From the NCBI GenBank assembly GCA_963772645.1, contig CAVYYD010000012.1, forward strand, positions 30,024 through 94,023: DNA of 64,000 bases. Reading direction: 5' to 3'. Made by a program: the position numbers and the translations under genes. This document shows, piece by piece, positions 16,758 to 26,173 of the stretch (position 1 is its first letter; each line of letters begins with the position of its first letter). The notes beneath the pieces are model-generated. The model made no database searches. It worked only from the letters and a program-made list of their open reading frames with translations, and was not told the origin of the DNA. Source of the DNA: an uncultured Actinomycetota bacterium (GTDB lineage: Bacteria; Actinomycetota; Actinomycetes; Actinomycetales; Dermatophilaceae).

Positions 16758-17301
16758 CGGCGCGGGCCGCCTCGACCTCCCGGGTGAGCCGCCGGACCAG
16801 GCTGCCGAGCGCGGCGTCGACCGCGCTGTCGGAGAGGCGGCCGTCGGCGAGGGCCTCGACGGCCGAGCCGACCCCGACGGTGTCCTCGATGACGTCCGCA
16901 CCGGCCACGGCGAGGACACGGACGGCGTCCTGCCGAGCCCAGAGCGCTGCCCGGGGCGAGCCGGTCGCGGCGAGGACGGCCGCGGGCTTGCCGGCGATCG
17001 CGGCGGCTCCGCGGGGTCGGGACGTCCAGTCGATCGCGTTCTTCACGGCGCTCGAGAGCGAGCCGTTGTACTCCGGGGTGACGACGAGCAGGGCGTCGGC
17101 GTCGGCGACGGCCGCCCGGAGGTCGGCCGCGACGCGGGGCAGGGGCTCGACGTCGAGGTCGGGCGAGTAGTGCGGCAGGTCGGCCAGGCCCACGAACACC
17201 TCGGCCCGGGTGCCGGTCGGCAGGTGGGCGAGGGCGGCGTCGGCGAGGCGGCGGTTGAGCGAGTCGGAGCGCAGGCTGCCGACGATGACGAGGATGTTCA
17301 C
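16753..17301 (-). CDS. NAD(P)H-dependent FMN reductase-family oxidoreductase
   Basis: [20 protein letters not shown]...[25 protein letters not shown] is the typical FMN_red pattern. Confidence 0.85.
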   Translation of the reverse strand: MNILVIVGSLRSDSLNRRLADAALAHLPTGTRAEVFVGLADLPHYSPDLDVEPLPRVAADLRAAVADADALLVVTPEYNGSLSSAVKNAIDWTSRPRGAAAIAGKPAAVLAATGSPRAALWARQDAVRVLAVAGADVIEDTVGVGSAVEALADGRLSDSAVDAALGSLVRRLTREVEAARAA

Positions 17302-17410
17302 GGAGTCTCCCGGGGATGGCGCGGGCGGGGCAGGGTCGACGCTGACCGGGTGATTGAACAGTCAACGACTTTCCGGCATTCCCGGCGGGTCACGAGACCC
17401 GGGCCGGGTG

Positions 17411-17656
17411 TCAGGACCAGGTGGGGTGATCGACCGTGCCGTGCGCGACGCACGTCGCCGTCCACGCGGACGGGGTGACCTGGACCTTCAGCCGCCGACG
17501 GCAGTGGGCGCACCAGCGGGGCGGCTCGAGCACGGCCCGGCGGCCGCAGGCCGCGTGGTCGCCGCCGTCGAGCGGCTCACCGCACTGGCCGCACCATCGA
17601 CCGGGGGCCGCTCGGGACGCGACCGGCTCGGTGGGCTCCGAGGTGGGTGGGGTCAC
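17411..17656 (-). CDS. bsaP: Biotin synthase auxiliary protein BsaP-like (small CxxC protein downstream of bioB)
   Basis: 81 aa with RWCGQCGEPL...HAAC...PPRWCAHCRRRLKVQVTPSAWTATCVAHG. It lies 22 nt downstream of bioB. Confidence 0.7.
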   Translation of the reverse strand: MTPPTSEPTEPVASRAAPGRWCGQCGEPLDGGDHAACGRRAVLEPPRWCAHCRRRLKVQVTPSAWTATCVAHGTVDHPTWS

Positions 17657-17678
17657 GGTCGGGGGCGCTGTGGCCGGC

Positions 17679-18692
17679 TCAGAGGCTCTGGTTGAGGGCG
17701 GCGATCGGCATCTGGAGCTCCTCGAGGAGGGCGAGGTCCTGCCGGGGGTCGCGGCCCAGGGTGGTGAGGTAGTTGCCGACGATGACGGCGTTGATGCCGC
17801 CGAGCAGCCCGTCGCGGGTTCCGAGGTCCCCGAGCGTCAGCTCCCGGCCGCCGGCGTAGCGCAGGATGGTGCGGGGCAGGGCGAGCCGGAACGCGGCGAT
17901 GGCGCGCAGCGCCTCGGGGGCCTCCATCGGCGGCAGGTCGCCGAACGGAGTCCCCGGGCGCGGGTTGAGGAAGTTCAGCGGCACCTCGTGCGGCTCCAGC
18001 TCGCCGAGCTGGGCTGCCAGCTCGGCCCGCTGCTCGAGCGTCTCGCCCATCCCGACCAGCCCGCCGCAGCACAGCTCCATCCCCGACTCCTTGACCATGA
18101 GGCAGGTCTGCCAGCGCTCGTCGAAGGAGTGCGTGGTCACGACCTCCGGGAAGTAGGACCGGCCGGCTTCGAGGTTGTGGTTGTACCGGTGCACGCCCAT
18201 CTCGACGAGCTCGTCGACCTGCTCCCGGGTCAGCATCCCCAGGGAGGCCGCGACGTTGATGTCGACCGCCGCGCGGATGGCCGCCACGCCCTCGCGCATC
18301 TGGTCCATGAGCCGCCGGTCCGGCCCGCGCACGGCGGCGACGATGCAGAACTCGCTCGCCCCGGTCGCGGCCGTCTGCTCGGCGGCCCGGACCAGCTCCG
18401 GGACGTTGAGCCAGACCGAGCGCACCGGCGAGGTGAACTGCCCGCTCTGGGAACAGAAGTGGCAGTCCTCCGGGCAGCCGCCGGTCTTCAGCGAGACGAT
18501 CCCCTCGACCTCGACGGCCGGGCCCTGGTACCGCATCCGCACCTCGTGGGCGAGGGCGAGGAGGTCCGGGAGCCGTTCGTCCCCGGTGTGCAGCACCTCG
18601 AGCACCTGCGCCCGGGTCAGCGGCACGCCGCGCTCGAGCACCTGCTCGCGCGCGACGTCGAGGATGTGGGTGCCGGTCGCCTGAGCCGTCAT
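17679..18692 (-). CDS. bioB: Biotin synthase (radical SAM)
   Basis: From ATG 18692: ...[17 protein letters not shown] (CxxxCxxC), [30 protein letters not shown]. Confidence 0.92.
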   Translation of the reverse strand: MTAQATGTHILDVAREQVLERGVPLTRAQVLEVLHTGDERLPDLLALAHEVRMRYQGPAVEVEGIVSLKTGGCPEDCHFCSQSGQFTSPVRSVWLNVPELVRAAEQTAATGASEFCIVAAVRGPDRRLMDQMREGVAAIRAAVDINVAASLGMLTREQVDELVEMGVHRYNHNLEAGRSYFPEVVTTHSFDERWQTCLMVKESGMELCCGGLVGMGETLEQRAELAAQLGELEPHEVPLNFLNPRPGTPFGDLPPMEAPEALRAIAAFRLALPRTILRYAGGRELTLGDLGTRDGLLGGINAVIVGNYLTTLGRDPRQDLALLEELQMPIAALNQSL

Positions 18693-18759
18693 GGCGCCGA
18701 TTCTGGCCCATCGGAGCCGGGAAGACCCAGCCCGGTCCGCGCAGTGACGCCGGGTGGGC

Positions 18760-19611
18760 TCAGCTCCAGGCCAGGGCGAGGAGCACGAGGGGGACCACCG
18801 TCGCCAGCGCGGCGTAACCGTACGCGACGGCCGAGATCGCACGGTGCGGACCGATGGCGAGCAGCTTCATCCGCACCGGTGCGGTGGAGCCCGCACCGAG
18901 CGCCGCCTCGGGGGCGCGGCTCTCGGCGATGGCGAGCAGGGCCCGGGCCGTCGCCACCTCCCCGCTGCGGCGCACCGCGGCCCGGTCGGCGAGGGCTTCG
19001 ACGAGCAGCCGCACCTCGGCGAGCGCCGCGTCGGACCGCAGCACCGGCGGCACCGCCTGGTTCGCGACCGAGAAGAACTCGAGGAGCAGGTCGTGGCGGG
19101 CCCGCAGGTGCGCGTCCTCGTGGGCGACGACGGCGTCGAGCTGCTCGGGGGGCAGGGCGTCGAGCACACCCTGGGAGAGGACGACCCGGGCGTTTCGCCC
19201 CGGGATGCAGTACGCGGTCGGGGTCGGGTGCTGCAGGACCCGGACCCGGCCCTGGTCGTGGGCGGCGATGATGTCGACGAGGTCACGGTGGTCGGCCCGG
19301 GCGCTGCGCAGCCGGGTTCCGACGACGTGGCCGGAGACGAGGAGGCGCACGAGCACCGCTCCGCTGACGATGCCGGCGGCGACGACCCACCCGATGTGCG
19401 CGAGGGGGTGGGCTCCCCGCAGGACCAGCGGCAGTGCCGCGGGAGCCGTGAGCAGCGCCGCGAGGATGCCGCCGAGGGTGACCGCCTGCCACGCGACGAG
19501 GGCCGCCCGCGGCGCGCGTCTCAAGCGGGTCTGCCGTGCCATCAGCGACGGCGCGACCCACGCGAGCACCACCGCGAGGAGGGCGAGCGAGAGCGGGATC
19601 ACGCCCTCCAT
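18760..19611 (-). CDS. M56-family (BlaR1-like) membrane metallopeptidase without a penicillin-binding sensor domain
   Basis: It runs from [18 protein letters not shown] with 4 TM helices and a HEXXH site ([13 protein letters not shown]), about 283 aa. It lies in frame within the long ORF 18760..21801. Confidence 0.8.
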   Translation of the reverse strand: MEGVIPLSLALLAVVLAWVAPSLMARQTRLRRAPRAALVAWQAVTLGGILAALLTAPAALPLVLRGAHPLAHIGWVVAAGIVSGAVLVRLLVSGHVVGTRLRSARADHRDLVDIIAAHDQGRVRVLQHPTPTAYCIPGRNARVVLSQGVLDALPPEQLDAVVAHEDAHLRARHDLLLEFFSVANQAVPPVLRSDAALAEVRLLVEALADRAAVRRSGEVATARALLAIAESRAPEAALGAGSTAPVRMKLLAIGPHRAISAVAYGYAALATVVPLVLLALAWS

Positions 19612-19673
19612 GGTGGCATTCCGCGGACCGTGCGCGTGCCGGAGCCCCGCAGGGGTGCGGCACGCGCACCCGC

Positions 19674-20138
19674 TCAGCGGCGCAGGCCCCGCTTGCGGCG
19701 ACCGGTGGTGGGCGGTGCCTCCTCGGCCTCGACGGCCCTGGCCTCGACCTCGGCGAGCGCGGCCTTGATGTCGGCGATCTCGGCCGAGCTCGCGCCGTCG
19801 AGGAAGTGCAGCAGCGCGGCACGGCGGTCGGTGACGTCCATGTCGTCGAGGGTGCGCCGCATGGTCTGTGCGGTGAGCGCCTCCCGGGTACCGGCCGGCA
19901 GGTACCGCCAGGCCCGGCCGTCGCGCTCCCGGGTCACCAGGCTCTTCTTCGCGAGCCGGTCCAGGACGGTCATCACCGTCGTGTACGCGAGCTCGCGCTC
20001 CTCCTCGAGGGCCCGGTGCACCTCGCGGACGGTGACGCCGGGGAAGCCGGGGCCGCCCGCCGAGGCGGCGTCCCAGAGGCGTTCCATGACGACCCGTTCG
20101 AGCTCGCCGAGGCGTGGGGTTGTGGTCGAGAGCGGCAT
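19674..20138 (-). CDS. blaI: BlaI/MecI/CopY-family transcriptional repressor
   Basis: LGELERVVMERLWD...VTVREVHRALEEERELAYTTVMTVLDRLAKKSLVTRERDGRAWRYLP. AAGGAG lies 5 nt before ATG 20138. Confidence 0.85.
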   Translation of the reverse strand: MPLSTTTPRLGELERVVMERLWDAASAGGPGFPGVTVREVHRALEEERELAYTTVMTVLDRLAKKSLVTRERDGRAWRYLPAGTREALTAQTMRRTLDDMDVTDRRAALLHFLDGASSAEIADIKAALAEVEARAVEAEEAPPTTGRRKRGLRR

Positions 20139-20140
20139 GG

Positions 20141-21801
20141 CTACTCCTTGCGGTGGGCGGTGGGCGACGGGGGAGAAGGGTCAGGACGGTGTCGACGCGG
20201 TCGAGCGCCTCCGGTCGGTGGCTGACCAGGACGACGCTGCGGGTGTCCGTGGCGTCGAGGACGTCGTCGAGGACGGCCGTGGCGGTGGCGTGGTCGAGGT
20301 GGGCGGCCGGCTCGTCGAGGAGGACGACCGGGCGGTCGGCGAGGACGGCCCGGGCGACCCCGAGCCGGGCCCGCTCGCCGCCGGAGAGCCCGCGGCCGCC
20401 GGTGCCGAGCCGGGTGTCGAGACCGTCGGGAAGAGCGGCGACCCAGCCGCCGAGGCCGGACCGGCCCAGCGCGCGGAGCAGGTCCTCCTCCTGCGCCCCG
20501 GGCCGAGCGAGCCGCAGGTTCTCGGCGAGCGAGGTGGCGAACACGTGGGGCTCGTCGTCGACGACCGCGACATCGCGTCGCACGTCGGCGACGGTGAGCG
20601 CGCGCACATCGGTGCCGTCGACGGTGTGCCGCCCGGCCGCGGGGTCGAGAGCCCGGGCGAGCACCGCGAGGAGCGTGCTCTTGCCCGAGCCGTTCGGCCC
20701 GACCACTGCGACGTGCCGGCCCGGCACGAGGCGCAGGTCGGTGGCCGCGAGCTGCGGAGCCGCGCCGGTCCACGAGGCGCTGACCCCGTCGAGCTCGACG
20801 ACCGGGCCCGGTGCCGTGGCGGAGCGCTCGGGGCGGTCGAGGGCCGACTCGGGGTCGTGGACGGCGGGCTCCTGGTCCAGGAGCGCCTCCAGGCGGGTGC
20901 TGCTGCCCTGGGCCCGGGCCAGGGCGCGCATCGTGTCGACGAGCGGGGAGAGGGCCTCGCCGACCGCCACCGGGACGACGACGAGGAGGGCGGCGACCGG
21001 GCCGCCCACGACCGCGGGGTCGGCGAGCCGGGCCGCGGCGACAGCGGCGGCGGCCGTGCCGAGGAGCAGGAGCGCGGCGACCATCGCCCGGCCCCGGCTC
21101 TGCCGGCGCACCGCGGCGCGCAGCGTGTCGTGGGCTCGGGCGAGCCACTCGCGGGCGGTGTCCTCGGCGCCGATGGCCTGGAGCTCGCCGGCCTGCCGGG
21201 CGACGAGGTCGCTGACCCGGAACACCTCGGCCCGGGCCGCGAGCAGGTCCTCGCGGGAGCGGGACTCCAGCCACCAGGCGAGCCAGCAGCCGAGGGCGAG
21301 GAGGACGAGCAGGCCCGCCAGCACCAGGCCCACGGCCGGGGAGAACCACGCCGTGAGGGCGGTGGCGGCCAGGCCGGCGACGACGCTGGCCAGCACCGGC
21401 ACGGTGACCCGCACCTCCGCCTCGACGACGTCGGTGAGGTCGTCGACGACGCCGCTGAGCACCTGGGAGCGGGCCCGGCGCCCCAGACGCGCGGGGGTGA
21501 GCGGCACCAGGGCGGTGTAGACGGCGGTGCGCCGGCGGGCGAGGTCGTCGAGCGCGGCGTCGTGGGAGACGATCCGCTCCAGGTAGCGGAAGAACGGCCG
21601 TGCCATCCCGAACGCCCGCACCGCCACGATGGCCGCGAGCAGGGTCAGGATGACCGGCTGCTCGCTCGCCCGGACGATGAGCCAGCCCGACGTCGCGGTG
21701 AGCGCGATCCCGGAGGCGGTGGCCGCGCCGCCGAGCAGCCCGCCGACGACCGTGGCGCGGGTCGGCCGGAGCACGGGACGGGCGTGGGTCGTGGTGCTCA
21801 C
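20141..21801 (-). CDS. cydC: Thiol-reductant ABC exporter subunit CydC. No in-frame stop as assembled; the end at TAG 20141 assumes one base is missing in a G5/C5 run at 20169..20173.
   Basis: The start GTG 21801 overlaps the cydD stop (GTGA). It has 6-TM-like N-terminal half, GPNGSGKSTLLAVL (Walker A), LSGGERARLGVARA, VVLLDEPAAHLD and VLVSHRP. The assembled frame then runs on without a stop to 18760. Confidence 0.8.
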
Positions 21802-23413
21802 CGGACCACCTCCGCCCCGGCGTGGTCGAGGGCGAGGTGCCGGTCGGCGAGCGTGACGAGCTCCGGCCGGTGGGTCACGACGAGCACGGTGCGCCGCTCG
21901 GCCACCGCGGCGAGCGCTGCGTGGACGAGGTCCGCGGCGTCACCGTCGAGGTGTGCGGTGGGCTCGTCGACGAGCAGGACCGGAGCGGTCGAGAGGGTGG
22001 CGCGGGCCAGCGCGACCCGGGCGCGCTGCCCGGCCGAGAGTCCGAAGCCGTCGTCGCCGACCGCAGTGGACAGGGCCTGGGGCATCCCCGCGACGACGCC
22101 CTCGAGCCCGACCACGCGCAGGGCGTCCCAGAGTGCGGCGTCGGGGGCGTCGTTGCCGAGGCGCAGCGCGGCCCGCAGGGTGCCGGCGGGCAGGAAGGGC
22201 CGCTGGGTCACCAGGTGGGAGCGGCCGGCGCGCACCGTACCGGCGGTGGGGGTGCGCAGGCCGGCCGCCAGCTCGAGGAGGGTCGACTTGCCGACGCCCG
22301 ACGGTCCGGTGACCGCGGTGAGGCCCGGCCCGGCGTCCAGGTCGACCCCGGTGAGCACCGGGACCCGGGCGCCCGGGTAGCGAGTAGGCGACCCCCGTCA
22401 TCCGCACCCCGACGTCGGCCGCCCCGGTGCCGGGCGCCTCGGCCCCCTCGCGCGCACCGTCCCCGGGGTCGTCGGCGGCGATCTCGAGCTCGGCGAGGAT
22501 CGCGGCCACGGCCTCGGCACCGTCGGCGGCGTTGTGGAACTCGGCCCCGACCCGGCGGATCGGCCAGTAGGCCTCGGGAGCCAGGAGGATGGCGAGCAGC
22601 CCGGCCCCGAGCGTCATCGAGCCGTAGGTGAGCCGCAGCCCGACGCTGACGGCGACGATGGCGACCGAGATCGAGGCGAGGAGCTCGAGAGCGGCGGAGG
22701 AGAGGAAGGCGATCCGCAGCGTGCGCATCGTGGCGCGGCGGTGCTGCTGGCTGACCTCGGCGATGACCTCGACCTGGCGCTCGGCCCGGCCGTAGCCGAC
22801 GAGGGTGGGCAGCCCCCGCATGACGTCGAGGAAGTGGCCGGCCAGGGCGGAGAGGGCCGTCCACCGCCGTTCCGTGTCGGCCTGGGTGGCGCGGCCGATG
22901 AGGGCGGCGAAGAGCGGCAGGAGCGGCAAGGTGAGGACGACGACCAGGGCGCTCAGCCAGTCGACCCACAGCAGGGCGGCGACGGCGAGCGCCGGCACCG
23001 TGACCCCGGCGACGAGTGCCGGCAGGAAGCGGGCGGCGTACGGCTCGACCGCGGCGGCGCCCTGGGCGGCGAGGGTCACCCCACGGTCGGGGTCGGGGCG
23101 ACGCTCGGCAGGGACGGTGAGCCAGCGGGCGAGCAGGTGCTCGCGCAGGGCGGCCGTCACCTCCACCCCGGCCCAGGCGGCCGCCCGCTCGGCGACCCAC
23201 GCCAGCGCGGCGCGCGCGGCGAGGAGTCCGGCCAGCCACGCCGCCGGGCCACCGAGGGCCGCCCCGTCGACGACCGCGACGACCAGGGCGGCGAGCGCGA
23301 AGGCCGTCGCGATCGTCGCGAGCGCCCTGGAGCACGCCGACCCCGGCCAGGACGGCGACCGGCTGGCGAGCAGCCGGCGCCGTCCTCAGCAGCCGTGGGT
23401 CGAAGGGTCTCAT
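21798..23413 (-). CDS. cydD: Thiol-reductant ABC exporter subunit CydD, interrupted by two single-base frame changes as assembled (near 23322 and near 22386)
   Basis: The gene is in three frame segments. Segment 1 is MRPFDPRLLRTAPAARQPVAVLAGVGVLQG. Segment 2 is ATIATAFALAALVV...EVTAALREHLLARWL...LGAGLLAILLAPEAYWPIRRVGAEFH...VRMTGVAY. Segment 3 is RYPGARVPVLTGVDLDAGPGLTAVTGPSGVGKSTLL...LSAGQRARVALARA...LLVDEPTAHLD. The length is 1616 nt (3n+2). Confidence 0.85.
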
Positions 23414-23434
23414 CGGGGTCACGCCACCTCGGGG

Positions 23435-24463
23435 TCAGTGGACGGACACGGCGGCCGGGATGTGCTGGGTCCCGATCCGCTTGCGGAAGGTGTAGTAGGT
23501 CCACGCGGTGTAGAGGAGCACGATCGGGGTGAAGACGAGCGCGGCGCCGGTCATGATCTTCAGGGTGAGCTCGCTGCTGGCGGCGTTGTCGATGGTCAGC
23601 GAGGTGCCACCGGCGAGCGTCGTCGGCATGACGTTCGGGTAGAGCGAGAGGAAGTACGTCGCGACCGCCATCGCGAACGTCACCGCCGTGCCGGTGAAGG
23701 CCCAGCCCTCGCTGCCGCGCACGTTGGCGCCGATGGCACCGAGCAGCGCGACCGCCGCGACGATCGTGGTCACCCACGAACCGATGGTCCCCGCCGTGGC
23801 ACCCAGCCAGAGCAGGAGGAGCACGGCGAGCACCGCGGTGCCGAGCCCGAGGTTGGTGCCGAGCCGCTTGGCGTCCTCGCGGATCTGCCCGGTGGTCTTC
23901 AGGGCCAGGAAGAACGCGCCGTGGGTCAGCGAGAGCGCGGTGACGACGAGGCCGCCGAGCAGGCTCATCGGGTTGAGCAGGGTGAAGAAGTTGCCGGTGA
24001 ACTCCATGTCCTGGTTGATCGGCAGGCCGCGCACCACGTTGGTCAGCGCGACGCCGACGAGCAGCGGGGCGAGCAGCGAGCCGGAGACGATGGCCCAGTC
24101 CCACCGGGTGCGCCACGTGTCGGAGTCCCGCTTGCCCCGGTACTCGAAGCCCATGTTCCGCACGATGAGGGCGATGAGCAGGACGAGCAGGGGCAGGTAG
24201 AAGGCGGAGAACATCGTGGCGTACCACTCGGGGAAGGCCGCGAACGTGGCGCCACCGGCGGTGAGCAGCCACACCTCGTTCCCGTCCCAGTGCGGGCCGA
24301 TGGTCGTGAGCATGACCCGGCGACGCCGCTCGGTGTCCGCGGCGTCCCGGCCGGTGCCGAGCACGGGCAGGAGCATGCCGACGCCGAAGTCGAAGCCCTC
24401 GAGGACGAGGTACCCGGTCCAGAGGACCGCGATCAGGGCGAACCAGATGACGGGGAGATCCAT
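23435..24463 (-). CDS. cydB: Cytochrome bd ubiquinol/menaquinol oxidase subunit II
   Basis: MDLPVIWFALIAVLWTGYLVLEGFDFGVGMLLP...GPHWDGNEVWLLTAGGATFAAFPEWYA. The frame is intact. Confidence 0.92.
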   Translation of the reverse strand: MDLPVIWFALIAVLWTGYLVLEGFDFGVGMLLPVLGTGRDAADTERRRRVMLTTIGPHWDGNEVWLLTAGGATFAAFPEWYATMFSAFYLPLLVLLIALIVRNMGFEYRGKRDSDTWRTRWDWAIVSGSLLAPLLVGVALTNVVRGLPINQDMEFTGNFFTLLNPMSLLGGLVVTALSLTHGAFFLALKTTGQIREDAKRLGTNLGLGTAVLAVLLLLWLGATAGTIGSWVTTIVAAVALLGAIGANVRGSEGWAFTGTAVTFAMAVATYFLSLYPNVMPTTLAGGTSLTIDNAASSELTLKIMTGAALVFTPIVLLYTAWTYYTFRKRIGTQHIPAAVSVH

Positions 24464-24477
24464 GACGTGTCCTGGGG

Positions 24478-25998
24478 TCAGTAGGCGAACTGGAGGGGGG
24501 CGTCCTCGTCCGTGTGCTCGGGCTGCGGGTCCTCGAAGGGATCGGCGCCGCGACGGACGTAGGTGAGGAAGAGCTTGACCTCGACGACCGCGAGGGCGAG
24601 GTAGACCAGCGTGTAGGCGATCATCGAGGCCCACACCTCACCGACGCTCACCGACGGGGAGACGCCGAGCGCGGTGCCCTGCAGGCCGTAGACGATCCAC
24701 GGCTGCCGAGCGGTCTCGGTGAAGATCCAGCCCCAGCTGTTGGCGATGACGGGCAGCAGCGGCGTCAGGACCGCGACCCACAGCCACCACCGGCTGGTCA
24801 GCGACCTGCCACCCCGGGTGGCCCAGAGCGCCCCGACGGCGAAGGCCATCGTGAGGAAGCCGAACCCCATCATGAGCCGGAAGGTCCAGTAGGCCAGTGG
24901 GATGTTCGGCACGTACGACGGCAGGTTCGTGTAGTCGAGCAGGGTCCTGCCGTCGGCGAGCCGGACGTCCTTGACGGCCGTCATCTGCACCCGGCCGTCG
25001 ACGAGGACGGGCACCTGGGCGGTGCCGGTGGCGAACAGGTCCTGCGACGTGGCCTTGAGGTTGTTGATGCCCTGGACCCGGCCGTCGAAGGAGCCGGTGG
25101 CGAGGAAGGAGAGCAGGCACGGGACGGTGATGACGTCGGTGGCGCTCGAGCCGTCGAGGGAGCCGACCGACAGGACCGAGAAGTCGGCGCACCGGCCGTC
25201 CGGCGGGGTGTCGTAGAGCGCCTCGGCCGCCGCCATCTTCATCGGCTGGACCTCGGTCATGATCTTGCCCTGGGTGTCACCGGAGACGACGACGCCGAGC
25301 GAGGCGACGAGGGCGACCCACGCCCCGCCGCGCACCGCCCTGCGGTACAGGCCCTCGTCGGCCCCGCCCCGGTGCTTGAGCATGAGGTAGATGCCGACAC
25401 CGAGCACGACCGCCCCGCCGACCATGTAGGCCGAGGTGACGACGTGCGGGAACGTCACGAGCTGGACCTTGTTCGTCAGCACCGCGATGAAGTCGTCCAT
25501 CTCCGCACGGCCCGTCTGCGGGTTGAACCGGTAGCCGACGGGGTGCTGCATGAACGAGTTCGCGGCGAGGATGAAGTACGCCGAGAGCACCGTCCCGATG
25601 TGGACCAGCCACATCGTGGCTGCGTGGAGCTTCTCGGGGACCCGGCCCCAGCCGAAGATCCAGATGCCGAGGAAGGTCGACTCCAGGAAGAACGCGAGCA
25701 GCGCCTCGAACGCCAGCGGGGCGCCGAAGATGTCGCCGACGAACCGGGAGTAGTCCGACCAGTTCATCCCGAACTGGAACTCCTGGACGATGCCGGTCAC
25801 CAGCCCGAGGGCGAAGTTGATGATGAAGAGCTTCCCGAAGAACTTGGTGAGCCGGTAGTAGTCCGAGTTGTGGGTCCGGACCCACCGGGTGTGGTACCAG
25901 GCGACGATCGCCGAGAGCCCGATGGTGATCGGGACGAAGAGGAAGTGGTAGACGGTCGTGATGGCGAACTGCCACCGTGCGACTTCGAGGGCACCCAT
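24478..25998 (-). CDS. cydA: Cytochrome bd oxidase subunit I
   Basis: MGALEVARWQFAITTVYHFLFVPITIGL...GWGRVPEKLH...QPMKMAAAEAL (Q-loop)...ETARQPWIVYG. The frame is intact. Confidence 0.92.
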   Translation of the reverse strand: MGALEVARWQFAITTVYHFLFVPITIGLSAIVAWYHTRWVRTHNSDYYRLTKFFGKLFIINFALGLVTGIVQEFQFGMNWSDYSRFVGDIFGAPLAFEALLAFFLESTFLGIWIFGWGRVPEKLHAATMWLVHIGTVLSAYFILAANSFMQHPVGYRFNPQTGRAEMDDFIAVLTNKVQLVTFPHVVTSAYMVGGAVVLGVGIYLMLKHRGGADEGLYRRAVRGGAWVALVASLGVVVSGDTQGKIMTEVQPMKMAAAEALYDTPPDGRCADFSVLSVGSLDGSSATDVITVPCLLSFLATGSFDGRVQGINNLKATSQDLFATGTAQVPVLVDGRVQMTAVKDVRLADGRTLLDYTNLPSYVPNIPLAYWTFRLMMGFGFLTMAFAVGALWATRGGRSLTSRWWLWVAVLTPLLPVIANSWGWIFTETARQPWIVYGLQGTALGVSPSVSVGEVWASMIAYTLVYLALAVVEVKLFLTYVRRGADPFEDPQPEHTDEDAPLQFAY

Positions 25999-26030
25999 GC
26001 GAGGATCTCCTGAGACGGGCAACACAGCAA

Positions 26031-26062
26031 CGACGTGACGTAGTAAAAACTACACGACGTCG
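26031..26062. promoter_or_regulatory. Imperfect 32-bp palindrome in an AT-richer patch 33-64 nt upstream of cydA (candidate operator)
   Basis: In cgacgtgacgtagtaaaaactacacgacgtcg the arms match at cgacgt...gtag / ctac...acgtcg. An overlapping near-palindrome ctacacgacgtcgtag lies at 26050..26065. Confidence 0.3.
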
Positions 26063-26173
26063 TAGATGGGTCCGCAGCCCCGTCCAACGTGATCCGCGCC
26101 ATGGGCGGGGCTCGCGGGCCCCGGCGCCCACGCTCGGGCCGTGGGTTGAGCGGCTGCCTTCGGGGGCGCCCGC

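Noticed and set aside
17340-17380. A TGAAC half-site (gattgaacagtcaacg) as a BioQ-type biotin operator (TGAAC-N3-GTTCA).
   Set aside because: The second half-site is missing (CAACG instead of GTTCA). The position is downstream of bsaP and upstream of the FMN-reductase gene, not in front of a bio gene.
17391-17420. A possible extra copy of the palindromic repeat (ccgggtgtcaggaccaggtgg).
   Set aside because: There is only loose similarity to one arm and no partner arm, and it overlaps the bsaP stop codon. It is probably chance.
18760-21801. The 1013-aa ORF as a genuine CydC-BlaR1 fusion protein.
   Set aside because: The middle 180 codons are junk and overlap the well-formed blaI gene in another frame. 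The M56 part has its own ATG. A one-base correction in a G5 run gives CydC a normal C-terminus and stop, so the phase continuity is coincidental.
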